A stretch of DNA of 64,000 bases from NCBI GenBank assembly GCA_963675595.2, contig CAXXLZ010000002.1, forward strand, positions 640,001 through 704,000, read 5' to 3'. Below the pieces are notes generated by a model, which saw only the letters and a program-made list of their open reading frames with translations, made no database searches and was not told where the DNA came from. A program made the translations under genes and the position numbers. Source of the DNA: Thermodesulfobacteriota bacterium. Its GTDB lineage: Bacteria; Desulfobacterota; Desulfarculia; JACQYL01. How positions within the stretch are numbered: position 1 is the first letter of the stretch; each line of letters begins with the position of its first letter. This document shows positions 39,972-49,719 of this stretch, in pieces.

Positions 39972-40097
39972 GCCGACCGGTGAAAAACGCGATCCGCGGC
40001 GTTGCGCTTCATCCCTCGTCACTGCGACGTACTACACGTACACCTTCTCACCTCGGAACTTGCACGTCCTGGATCTCATTATTTTTCACCGGTCGGC
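39972..40097 (+). repeat. dispersed palindromic repeat copy with perfect 16-bp terminal IR
   Basis: GCCGACCGGTGAAAAA (39972-39987) / TTTTTCACCGGTCGGC (40082-40097); core shared with the 8368 copy. Confidence 0.8.
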
Positions 40098-40307
40098 AAT
40101 CATCCGACTCTCTCAACGGGCGGCGGAATCCCACCGGACAAGGAGATACACTCCGTTCTCAAGAAGACCGATGGGTTTTGGAAGCAGCCCGTCCAGGGGC
40201 AAGAAGAATCGACCGACGAGGTTCCATCCCCAAATCGCCGTGATAGGAGTTGCGAAAGGAAACACTGTCGAGTTCCGACGGAGGCCGCCAAGCCTTCCTT
40301 CTCGAAG

Positions 40308-40324
40308 AGCAACACCTGTGCCGG
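40308..40324 (-). promoter_or_regulatory. sigma54 (-24/-12) promoter for the ABC-ADH-AOR operon
   Basis: Minus strand CCGGCACAGGTGTTGCT, exact GG-N10-GC spacing; adjacent to a sigma54 activator gene. Confidence 0.75.
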
Positions 40325-40438
40325 CCGGGCGTGACGCGGGATATGTTATTGTTTGTATTGAGGAATGAGCCGCTTCGCGCGACAAGGGAGAGGGTGTCGG
40401 CCTTGCGGTTCTGCAAGCCGAAAGAATGGTGGGTGCGA

Positions 40439-42274
40439 CTAGAATCTAAACGAATCTGTCTCTTTCGTGTGTTTCGGCCTGGATTGCAAAACTGCAATAG
40501 GATTGCCGTTCTGCAATCCGCTTCGGAAACCGTACTTGACCATCTTGCGCCACAGTGTGGTGGCGTGCACATCCAGGCTTCGAGCCGCTTCCGCCAGAGT
40601 CTCGTAATGGTTCAGCGCACCCGCGATGATCTGCGCTTCCGTCTGCTCCACCGCCTGTTTCAGGGTGAGTCCCGCCCGCACCGCATCCGAAGCCTTCCCC
40701 TCATTCGCCTCCCTGAGTTCCGCCGGCACGTCCGTCAAGGTAATCATCTCCCCGTCGCTCATGATCACCATTCGCTCCATAAGGTTCACGAGCTCCCTCA
40801 CGTTGCCGGGAAAGTCGCACCTGCTCAGGCAGTCCAACACTTCCGGAGCCACCTTTTTGTTCACTCCGGCGGTTCGATTATATTTTTCGAGAATTCTCAT
40901 GGCGAAAGCCGGTATATCTTCCCTTCTGCTTCGGAGCGGAGGGATGTGTATGGGAATGACGTTCAAACGGTAGTACAGGTCCTCTCGAAACAGCCCTTTG
41001 CGCATCATGTCTTTCAGGTCCCGATTGGTGGCCGCGATAATCCTCACGTCCACGGACACCGTTCGGGTGCCCCCCACACGGGTGTACTTCCGGTCCTCGA
41101 TCACTCCCAGCAGTTTGACCTGCATGGCCGGCTTGAGCTCTCCGACCTCATCAAGAAACACCGTTCCGCTGTGCCCCGCTTCAATGAGTCCCGCCTTGCC
41201 TTCCGGCGCCGCACCCGTAAAAGCCCCCTTCTCATACCCGAACAGCTCGGTTTCCATAAGGGAATCCGGTATGGCGCCGCAGTTGATCTTCACGAAAGGA
41301 CGGTCTTTACGGGGACTCACCTGGTGGATGATGCGGGCGAGCATGCTTTTGCCCACCCCCGACTCCCCATGGATGAGCACGGAACGGTCCACACCCGCCA
41401 CTTTGATGGCTTTGCGCACCACCTGCCTCATGTCGTCGCTTTTCACCACCATGTCCTGCAACACGTGCTCGTAGAGATCCTGCTCCAACAGGGACTGATA
41501 ATAGCGCGACGAAAGACGACGACTCTCCTCGAGCTGTGCGCGAAGCTCGTTCAGCTCGGTAAGGTCCCGCACGTTCGTAACCACCAGAGCGATGTCTCCG
41601 CTTTCCTCACGGAAGGGAGTCCCGGTGACCATCACCAGCTTGTTGCCCATGATGTTCTGGAGAATGGTGACCGGTTCACGCCTTTTGATCACTTCAAGAG
41701 TCACCGAGTGATCGAACACGCCCTCTTGGACCAAGTCCCGCATGTTTCGGCCGATGAGCTTGTCTCGGGATAAGCCGGTAATTCGTTCATACGCGCTGTT
41801 CACCCGAACCGTGTTGGCGCTGCCGTCGGTAATATAGAATCCGTCAAAGGAAGACTCGAAAATGGCCTCAAGCTCGCAATGGAGCTTACGGTAGCCCTGA
41901 AGTCCGGATATGATGGCCTCGTATTCCGAGATATCCTGGAATACGCTTATCACTCCCAAGACTTCTCCGCCCACACGAATCGGGCTTCGATTAGCGATGA
42001 TGGTAGCCTCGGGAAGCACGATCCTGCGGCCGATCTGAGCTCGTCCGCCGGCCAGGATTTCCTGCATGTCGGGCCAGGTTTCCGGTCGAAACTCGGAGAA
42101 GTGGCGTCCCACGGGAAACTGGCGACGTTCCGCGAAGATTCGTCGTGCCGCCTCGTTGTAGACCACCAGAATTCCATCGCGGTCGATAATCACCACTCCA
42201 TTGTGGCAGGAATCGAAGATGGACGACCAAACTTCCGAGGGGGCGTTGAGAGCGTTCGAAATTCGATCTTTCAT
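40439..42274 (-). CDS. sigma54-dependent transcriptional activator with two PAS domains
   Basis: GESGVGKS, ELFGYEKGAFTGA, FLDEVGE, FREDLYYRLNV, C-terminal HTH. Confidence 0.95.
   Translation of the reverse strand: MKDRISNALNAPSEVWSSIFDSCHNGVVIIDRDGILVVYNEAARRIFAERRQFPVGRHFSEFRPETWPDMQEILAGGRAQIGRRIVLPEATIIANRSPIRVGGEVLGVISVFQDISEYEAIISGLQGYRKLHCELEAIFESSFDGFYITDGSANTVRVNSAYERITGLSRDKLIGRNMRDLVQEGVFDHSVTLEVIKRREPVTILQNIMGNKLVMVTGTPFREESGDIALVVTNVRDLTELNELRAQLEESRRLSSRYYQSLLEQDLYEHVLQDMVVKSDDMRQVVRKAIKVAGVDRSVLIHGESGVGKSMLARIIHQVSPRKDRPFVKINCGAIPDSLMETELFGYEKGAFTGAAPEGKAGLIEAGHSGTVFLDEVGELKPAMQVKLLGVIEDRKYTRVGGTRTVSVDVRIIAATNRDLKDMMRKGLFREDLYYRLNVIPIHIPPLRSRREDIPAFAMRILEKYNRTAGVNKKVAPEVLDCLSRCDFPGNVRELVNLMERMVIMSDGEMITLTDVPAELREANEGKASDAVRAGLTLKQAVEQTEAQIIAGALNHYETLAEAARSLDVHATTLWRKMVKYGFRSGLQNGNPIAVLQSRPKHTKETDSFRF
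40483..40519. promoter_or_regulatory. tandem palindromic putative upstream activator sites
   Basis: ATTGCAAAACTGCAAT and GGATTGCCGTTCTGCAATCC, about 160-200 bp upstream of the sigma54 site. Confidence 0.6.
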
Positions 42275-42672
42275 GGAAATCCGCTCCTACGAAGTTTTCG
42301 AAAGGCGCCCGCCGGCGATCCGAGGGGGTGCATTCCCCAAATCCGGACCGACCAGGCGCCGATATCCGTAGAAAGAAGATTTTTTCGGAACGGGGTGAGG
42401 ATGGTATCTTAATATCCGGTTCCACCTGTCGACGTCAACCCGGAGGATTGACGGCCCAAACAGAACGTTGTCCGATTCCCTACCAAACCTCTTCCTGCAA
42501 TCCGGGCATTCGGCTCCGGACCGTTTCCACTTAAACGCCCGTAGTCTCCGTGCACTCCAAATAGAAATGGAGCGCGGAATTCTTTGGGCAAACCAAATGG
42601 ATGAAACTGTGAAGGGCGTTTGGACGGGGACGGCAAAGCCGGACGAAGCCGCTTCATGAAGAAAGGGGGAGC

Positions 42673-43350
42673 ATGATGAGGACGTACCGAATGGGTAACA
42701 TTCTGCTGTTGGCGGCCTTCCTATGCATGGTTTCCATGCCCGCAGTCGCGGTTTCGGGGGTGGAGACCGATGTGGAGGCTCTAAAGAAGGACGTCGAAAT
42801 CCTGAAACAGGAAGTGGGGGAGCTGAAAGGCGCCGTTCAAAGCCTGAAGGATGAACGAAAAGCAACGGAGACGGTTGCCGTGGCTGTATTTCCCGCAAGT
42901 CTGAACGGCGAAGCGGTGGACTACAAGGATGTGCTCATTGAGGGTCTGAATCGCGCCTTCGAATCTCAAGAGCGCTTCGTTCCGGCTTTTTCCTACTATG
43001 CCTTGGACCGTAGGCTCGGAGCGCAACCCTTGGGCGACCGCGGGGATGGGAATTCCTGGGATCGTTCCAACCCATGGGAAACGGGCAAGCCGGACACGGC
43101 TCACGTGTCGGCGGAAGCCAAGAAGCTGGGAGTGGACGCCGCGCTTCTGGTTTCCATTACCATTACGGGGACGGAAAAGGACGGGATCGGCGTTTATCTG
43201 TTGGACGTTTCACGCGGTAAATGGCTGAGCCGCGAGACCCGCACACCGCTCAAACACACCCTTTCCGGCATCTTGCTTCGCAAGAGCGGGGAGATCGAGG
43301 CCTTGGTGAAAAGGGTCTTCTTCGAATACCGCATGGCGCACGAGAGCTGA
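42673..43350 (+). CDS. hypothetical exported protein with N-terminal coiled coil
   Basis: Signal peptide, heptad repeats (VEALKKDVEILKQEVGELK), GGGGGAG RBS. Confidence 0.7.
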   Translation: MMRTYRMGNILLLAAFLCMVSMPAVAVSGVETDVEALKKDVEILKQEVGELKGAVQSLKDERKATETVAVAVFPASLNGEAVDYKDVLIEGLNRAFESQERFVPAFSYYALDRRLGAQPLGDRGDGNSWDRSNPWETGKPDTAHVSAEAKKLGVDAALLVSITITGTEKDGIGVYLLDVSRGKWLSRETRTPLKHTLSGILLRKSGEIEALVKRVFFEYRMAHES

Positions 43351-43665
43351 TTCAGCGCACGACCTCCGAGCCCGTGTCTCGGAGGTCCTGCGCAGGCGGT
43401 CTTTCCAAAATAGCCTCACCGCAACCTTGTTCCGGAAAGTTTCGTCCGTCTTCCTCTTTTATTCCCCGACTCCCCGTTGGGGAGCTTCATTTTTCGCCGA
43501 GGGACCACCGCCTCGGACACGGGTTTCAGGTCCTCATTCTTCATGGTTGGCAGGTTGAATGTTTTCGCCGATTCCGATAACATGATCATGGTCCGATTGA
43601 GATTCCCCTCATATTGAATTTGCTTTCCACGAGCCGAATCAACATCATCCCATTCGAGGTGTCGA

Positions 43666-46600
43666 ATGAGAAGGGCTCCCTTTATTCCGGACTCACCCGA
43701 CCAAGATTCATCGGTGCGTAAACGCCGAAAATCGGGGATCGACCTCCTCTCCAACGCGAGACTGAGATTTTTCCTGAAGTTGACCGCCGTCGTCGCCTTC
43801 GTAGCCAATTTTGTATTCTTTCCCACGCTCTTCGGCGTCTTCGGCCAAGTCGCCCGGGCGTTTTCCCTCCTATATGTAAGTCTGGCGGGACTGGCCTGGG
43901 GAGTAGTCGGCGGTACGGCGGCGGCTTTGGCCGGGTTTCTGTCGAACTACACGATCCTCAAAGGCATGGGGGCCGATTTGGAATCGGCGCCCGTCGGTGT
44001 CGGAGCCTCTCTGGTCATTGGTGCGGTCGTGGGTCTCTTGAGCGATCTGTCTCGCCGCTTGTCCTCCGAGTTGTTCGAGAAGGAACGCGTGGAAGAGGAG
44101 CTCAGACGATACCGGAACGGTCTTGAGGAGCTTGTCGAAGCAAGGACGGAGGCACTCAAAGAAACAAACCGGAAACTGGAATTGGAGGTCCGGGAACGCA
44201 TCGAAGCTTTGAAAGCGCTGCATGAGAGCGAAGAACGTTTCCGTTGTCTTTCGGAATCGACTTTCGAGGGGGTGTTGTTCTTTCGGCAACAATTTTGTAT
44301 GGAAGCCAATTCGGTCGCATCCGCACTCCTGGAACGGCCCCGAAGCGAGCTCCTGGGAATGAACGTCGAGGCGCTTTTTCATCCCGATTCGCACTTGAGC
44401 GTGCGTGCCCTCCTGACCGAAGACGGTGAATCACCCGTGGAGGCGCGCGCCTTGAACGGGGACGGACGGGCTTTTCCCGTGGAGGCGCGTTCCGGGAGGA
44501 CGTATCTCAACGGAGAGGCCGTGCGGGTGCTCGCCCTGAGAGACCTTTCCGAACGCGAACACGCTCGCATGGCCCTGGCCGTCTCCGAAGAAAACTATCG
44601 ACTGGTGGTGGAAAATACCAATGAGGCCATTCTGGTGATTCAGGGAGGAACCATCGGATTCGTCAATCCGGCCGCTGCCCGTCTCCTCGGCATCCCGAGA
44701 AAGGAACTGATATCCTCTCCCATTGCCGCGTTCATTCATCCGGAAGACCGGGACGTGATGTCCCGACGATACGACGAACGCCGTCGAGGCGAGCCTCAGC
44801 CGGAGCTTTACGAATGCCGGTTGGTTGACCGGATGGGCAGGACCCGTTGGGTGGAGGCCAAAGTCGTGGTCATCCCCTGGGAAGGCCGTGAAGCCACTCT
44901 GAGCTTCGTCACCGACGTCACGGATAGAGTGCTGGCACAAAAGGCCCTCCACACCAGTGAAGAAACCGCCCGAACCCTGCTTAACGCCTCCACCACCGCG
45001 GCCTTCCTCCTGGACGCGTCCGGAGTCCTTCTGGCGGGCAACGATCGAGCCTTCAAAGAATTGGGCAAACCTTCCTACGAGGTAAAAGGAGGGTATTTGT
45101 ATCGTTTCCTGCCTCCCGAACTGGTTGAACGGAGGCTCGGCGAAGGGAGACAAGTGCTCCGTACCGGAAAACCTTCACGATTCCTGGACGAAATCAACGG
45201 AAGGTTTATGGATACGAGCCTCTACCCGGTGTTCGATGAGCGCCGCAAGGTGGTTCGGCTCGCGTTGTTCAGCACGGACATCACGGAACGTCTGAAGTCG
45301 GAGGAGGCCATCCGCCAATCGGAGGAGAAATATTCCAGCGTGTTCAGCACCGCACCCGTTTGGATCGTCATCAGCACCATCGAGGAGGGACGATACGTTG
45401 AAGTCAACGAGGCCTTTTTGACCTCCACGGGCTACCAAAGAGAAGAGGTCCTCGGGCGCACCGCACTTGAGTTGGGCATGTGGGCGGACAATGAGGATCG
45501 AAACCGTATTGTTTCCGCCCTGAAGCGGGACGGATCGGTGAGAAACGTGGAAGTGTGCCGTAAGACGAAACACGGAACCCTTCTGCAGATGCTCTTTTTC
45601 GCCGACAAGATTCGGATCGGAGACCGCTTCTACATGATGTCCATTTCTCTGGACATCACCGACCGAAAGAGGAACGAAGAGGAGCGGGCCCGGCTGGAAG
45701 AACAACTCCTTCAGGCTCAAAAGATGGAAGCCGTCGGTGTGCTTGCCGGAGGCATCGCTCACGATTTCAACAACCTGCTGCAAAGCATACGCGGGTACGC
45801 CGAATTACTGCTTCTCGACAAGAGCGCCGGGGATCCCGGTTGCCGGGAACTCACCGAGATCATCCATTCCGCGTCGAGGGGCGCGGACATGGTGAAACAA
45901 CTGTTGACCTTCAGCAGAAAAGTGGAGAGCAAGCTCAGACCGGTGGACCTCAACCGTGAGATTCGGAATATGGGCCACGTGTTGGACCGAACCCTGCACA
46001 AAATGATTCGAGTCTCCCTGCACTTGGCGGAGGACCTCAACCCCATCTATGCGGATCCCGTACAGATCGAACAGGTAATCATGAATCTGGCCGTTAACGC
46101 CAGAGACGCCATGCCGCACGGCGGCGATCTCCTCATCGAAACGCTGAATGTTCGGTTGGACGCGGTTACGGCCGCCAGGCACCCGGTTCTTGAACCGGGT
46201 GCCTATGTGAGACTCAGAATAAGCGATACGGGCCAGGGAATGACCACGGAAACGGAGGCGCACCTGTTCGAGCCTTTCTACTCGACCAAGGGCCCCGGCA
46301 AAGGCACGGGATTGGGGCTTTCCATGGTTTACGGCATCATCCGCAACCATGGAGGGGACATTTCCTGTTACAGCGATCCGGAACGGGGCACCTCGTTCCA
46401 CATCTATCTGCGCGTCGCCCAAACAGGCCGCCTTCCGGCGGAGGAACCGTCTGAAAGGCGACTTCCCGGCGGAAGCGAAACCATTCTCTTGGTGGACGAC
46501 GAGGAATCCATCCGATCTCTCGGCGCCGAGATGCTGACCCGTTTCGGATACAACGTGATCGCGGTCGAGGACGGGGAAAGCGCCATCGAGCGCTTCCGGT

Positions 46601-46842
46601 CTTCGAGGAACTCCGTGGACCTGGTCATTCTGGACCTGATGATGCCCGGTATCGGGGGCAGGAAGTGCCTCGAAACGCTGCTCCAAGAAGCACCCTCCAC
46701 TCGCGTTCTGATCACCACGGGATACCCCACGGACGCGGAAAGGCGGGATATGCTCGCCGCGGGAGCCAAGGCATTTATCGGCAAACCCTATGTTATCGAC
46801 GAGTTGCTCGAAGCCGTGAGAAACGTGCTGGACCGCGATTGA
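43666..46842 (+). CDS. membrane hybrid sensor histidine kinase (multiple PAS, HisKA, HATPase, REC)
   Basis: AGGIAHDFNNLL H-box, NLAVNARDAM, GTGLGL, LVDDE...DLMMP; start uncertain. Confidence 0.93.
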   Translation: MRRAPFIPDSPDQDSSVRKRRKSGIDLLSNARLRFFLKLTAVVAFVANFVFFPTLFGVFGQVARAFSLLYVSLAGLAWGVVGGTAAALAGFLSNYTILKGMGADLESAPVGVGASLVIGAVVGLLSDLSRRLSSELFEKERVEEELRRYRNGLEELVEARTEALKETNRKLELEVRERIEALKALHESEERFRCLSESTFEGVLFFRQQFCMEANSVASALLERPRSELLGMNVEALFHPDSHLSVRALLTEDGESPVEARALNGDGRAFPVEARSGRTYLNGEAVRVLALRDLSEREHARMALAVSEENYRLVVENTNEAILVIQGGTIGFVNPAAARLLGIPRKELISSPIAAFIHPEDRDVMSRRYDERRRGEPQPELYECRLVDRMGRTRWVEAKVVVIPWEGREATLSFVTDVTDRVLAQKALHTSEETARTLLNASTTAAFLLDASGVLLAGNDRAFKELGKPSYEVKGGYLYRFLPPELVERRLGEGRQVLRTGKPSRFLDEINGRFMDTSLYPVFDERRKVVRLALFSTDITERLKSEEAIRQSEEKYSSVFSTAPVWIVISTIEEGRYVEVNEAFLTSTGYQREEVLGRTALELGMWADNEDRNRIVSALKRDGSVRNVEVCRKTKHGTLLQMLFFADKIRIGDRFYMMSISLDITDRKRNEEERARLEEQLLQAQKMEAVGVLAGGIAHDFNNLLQSIRGYAELLLLDKSAGDPGCRELTEIIHSASRGADMVKQLLTFSRKVESKLRPVDLNREIRNMGHVLDRTLHKMIRVSLHLAEDLNPIYADPVQIEQVIMNLAVNARDAMPHGGDLLIETLNVRLDAVTAARHPVLEPGAYVRLRISDTGQGMTTETEAHLFEPFYSTKGPGKGTGLGLSMVYGIIRNHGGDISCYSDPERGTSFHIYLRVAQTGRLPAEEPSERRLPGGSETILLVDDEESIRSLGAEMLTRFGYNVIAVEDGESAIERFRSSRNSVDLVILDLMMPGIGGRKCLETLLQEAPSTRVLITTGYPTDAERRDMLAAGAKAFIGKPYVIDELLEAVRNVLDRD

Positions 46843-46956
46843 ACCGGGACCGTTCCGGATGCGGCTCTCGTGTCGGGGTCCATCGACTCGGGAAAGCCGC
46901 GATGAGAGAGCCGATTCACGCCCCAACGGATTTCCTCCGAAGAACGAGCTTGAAGA

Positions 46957-48228
46957 TTATTGCAGCCCTTGTGCGTATTTGAGGCTCCACACCAGGCTGT
47001 CGGACCAGCAACGCTTCATGATTTCCAGATCGACTCCCCATTTGGAGCAGAACTCATCGACCTCTTCCCATTGGCCTTCCTCCAAGGATTCACAGAGATT
47101 CAGCAGTTGGGCGAGGTCGGGATCTTCCCGCAGGAGCGCTCGCTTCATCTTCGCCATCAGAGGCAATCCCGCCACAATGTCCCGCATGGGCGTTTCGAGT
47201 ATGGCCTCCAGAAGCGAGAACAAACCCAGCAGAAAAAACCCGTCGGGCGGATAAGGCAGATTGAGGTAAGGATACAGCGACTCGAGCAATCTCCCCCGCT
47301 GCATGGACAGAACCGCCAGTTCCGGAGTCTTTCCGGCCGGCGTCAATTCGGCGAGAATCACCAGTCGGAGCCAGAACCGCACCTGTTTGATCCCCAGGAT
47401 CAGTACGGCCTGCTTGACGCTCTTGATCTCCGACGCAAAGGAGAAGGCCGCTGAATTCAGATACCTAAGCAACCGGTAGCTGATGGACACGTCGGCTTGA
47501 ATCGCTTCGGCCAACTCTCCGGGGCCCGCGTCCGGAGATTCGGTAAGCCGCAGAAGTTCGAAACGGAAGGCCTCGTTGGGCTTGAGTCGGCGAGCCTGAA
47601 GGTTTTCCGGCCGCGCAAAATAATACCCTTGAAACAGATCGAAACCCATCTCCAGCGCCTGCCTATAGACTTCCTCACTCTCCACCTTCTCCGCCAGGAA
47701 CATACAGGAATACCAACTAAGGCATTCCATGAGTTCCCTGACCTTCTCCACGGTCAGCTCTCCGAAGTCCACTTTGATGATGTCCGTTATCTCGAGCAAC
47801 TCCTCGTATCCCGGCCGCCAGACGAAGTCGTCCAGCGCCACGATGTAGCCGTTACGCTTCAGTTCGCAGACGGCCTCGAGGACGGAAGGAGTGGGACGAA
47901 CGGACTCCAGGATCTCCACCACAGTGACGGAGGGGGGAAGGGCGTAAGGAAAGCCCTCCAGGATGAGCCGCTCGGGAAAGTTGATGCAGAACTTGGTGGT
48001 AGGTCCCGCATCCTGCAAAGACCGGATGAATCCACAAGAGGATACCTGAAGCGTAGCCGCTTCCGCGTCTTGGATATGGGCGACTCGGGATTCCAGCCCA
48101 TCTCGAAACAAAACTTCGTAACCCCAGACTCCGCCTTTACGATCCAGAATCGGTTGTCTTGCACAAAACGCGGGACGATACAACTTGTCGTCGTCCTTAG
48201 GTATGTTCGCCGCCGGTTTCTGATTCAT
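46957..48228 (-). CDS. EAL and HDOD domain protein (YuxH/PdeH-like)
   Basis: ARQPILD...YEVLFR, ALDDF, LAEKVE, FQGYYF, then LLRYLNSA and GLFSLL (HDOD). Confidence 0.9.
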   Translation of the reverse strand: MNQKPAANIPKDDDKLYRPAFCARQPILDRKGGVWGYEVLFRDGLESRVAHIQDAEAATLQVSSCGFIRSLQDAGPTTKFCINFPERLILEGFPYALPPSVTVVEILESVRPTPSVLEAVCELKRNGYIVALDDFVWRPGYEELLEITDIIKVDFGELTVEKVRELMECLSWYSCMFLAEKVESEEVYRQALEMGFDLFQGYYFARPENLQARRLKPNEAFRFELLRLTESPDAGPGELAEAIQADVSISYRLLRYLNSAAFSFASEIKSVKQAVLILGIKQVRFWLRLVILAELTPAGKTPELAVLSMQRGRLLESLYPYLNLPYPPDGFFLLGLFSLLEAILETPMRDIVAGLPLMAKMKRALLREDPDLAQLLNLCESLEEGQWEEVDEFCSKWGVDLEIMKRCWSDSLVWSLKYAQGLQ

Positions 48229-48356
48229 ATTCCGTAACCTAACGAATAGTCCGGTGTTGAGAGTTCCCGTGCCGGTGGGAGACAACCGGCCGGCTTCCTC
48301 GCCCGCCGAGGCTGTTGTCTTCCCGAGACGGCATCACTTCCAGCCGGGTTGGAGCA

Positions 48357-49205
48357 TCAGGTCACGCTCCCATTTTTCCGCCCCGAATCAAACCAGCCGC
48401 CATAGAGGTCCTTTCGACGGTGCTTCAGGATGGGCAGCCGGTTCCTTACTCCTTCAAGGGTTTCCAGAGATATCCGTGCAAAAATCTCCTCATTCCCTTC
48501 TCCCGCCTCGGCCGCAATTACCCCCCAGGGGTCCACGACCAGCGAATGCCCGAAAGTGACGAAAGCCGCGTTTTCATCTCGACCGGGACAAGCGGCGGCG
48601 AGAAAGACCTGGTAGTCCACGGCCCGGGAACGCATGATCAGATGCCAGTGGGCCTCCCCCGTGGGTCTTGAAAAAGCCGCAGGCAGGGCCGCCACTTCCA
48701 CGCCGCGTTCCTCGAAATATCGAAAGATTTCCGGGAACCGTACATCGTAGCAGACTGCGACCCCCAACCTGCAAAACGGCGTCTGTACCACCAGAGGAAC
48801 CCGGCCCGGCGAGATCACCTTGGACTCCTCCACTCGCAAATCGTCGAAGTACACGTCGAACAAATGAATCTTACGATGAACGCCCAGCACTTCGCCTTCG
48901 GAATCTATAACGTAGGCGCTATTATAATACCGATCCTCCATCCGTTCACAGAAAGAGCCGGCGACCAGGCAAAGGCCGTTCTTCCGAGCGGCCTCGCGCA
49001 TACGGGTCAAAGTGGGGCCTTCCGGCTCCTCGGATCTCGAAGCCAGAATGTTCAGATCGATGGGCGTCTGGAACATCTCAGGCAACACGCACAGGGAAGC
49101 CCCCCCCCGGGCCGCACGAGAGAGGAACCCTTCGGCGAGAGCCAGGTTCTCTTCCTTGGAATCTCTCACGATCCACTGTCCCACGGCCAAAATGAAGTCC
49201 TGCAT
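48357..49205 (-). CDS. carbon-nitrogen hydrolase (Nit/omega-amidase family)
   Basis: LPEMF, HRKIHLFD, VCYDVRFPE catalytic triad, GHSLVVDPWG. Confidence 0.93.
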   Translation of the reverse strand: MQDFILAVGQWIVRDSKEENLALAEGFLSRAARGGASLCVLPEMFQTPIDLNILASRSEEPEGPTLTRMREAARKNGLCLVAGSFCERMEDRYYNSAYVIDSEGEVLGVHRKIHLFDVYFDDLRVEESKVISPGRVPLVVQTPFCRLGVAVCYDVRFPEIFRYFEERGVEVAALPAAFSRPTGEAHWHLIMRSRAVDYQVFLAAACPGRDENAAFVTFGHSLVVDPWGVIAAEAGEGNEEIFARISLETLEGVRNRLPILKHRRKDLYGGWFDSGRKNGSVT

Positions 49206-49719
49206 GAAAGGCTCCTCACGGTGGTTCGATCTTTGTCCCTCAGGAAGGTCGGCATTCCGTGCCGACGAACGCCCCCCGTAAGAACGCCGCCGGGAAATGG
49301 GACGACGCACCCGCTTCAAGCTGCTTCGAGGGCTCCTTGCCGCAAGACCGTCGCCCGACGGTCTCTTTTGACATGGGATCGGCTGTTCAAGGGAAAAGGC
49401 CTGATGGGCCTTTGAGTGCCGAGAGCCGGCGGGAAAAATCATACCTTATCTTATTCGGAAGCGTGGGGGAAAGGCAAGAACCCGTACCGTATTCGGTTTC
49501 CCGACCTTCGTAGATGCGTTTGATGAGCCATGCCGGTGTTCGATCAACAGGATCGCACGCCCTCACAAGGCCGAGCCCGGCGCCGTTTGATCGTTTTTTT
49601 CTTGAACGACCGGCGGATTTCGTCTAACATTTTATTGTTTACAATGTACTAAACGTTGCGGGCGAAAGACAACGCAGGCGAAGGACTCAAGTCCCCTGTT
49701 TCCGTGCGAGGGTCCGACC

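Noticed and set aside
40250-41773. Long antisense ORFs (also 3626-4870, 10372-11463, 32384-33601, 45805-46926)
   Set aside because: Shadow frames opposite well-supported genes, expected in GC-rich DNA.
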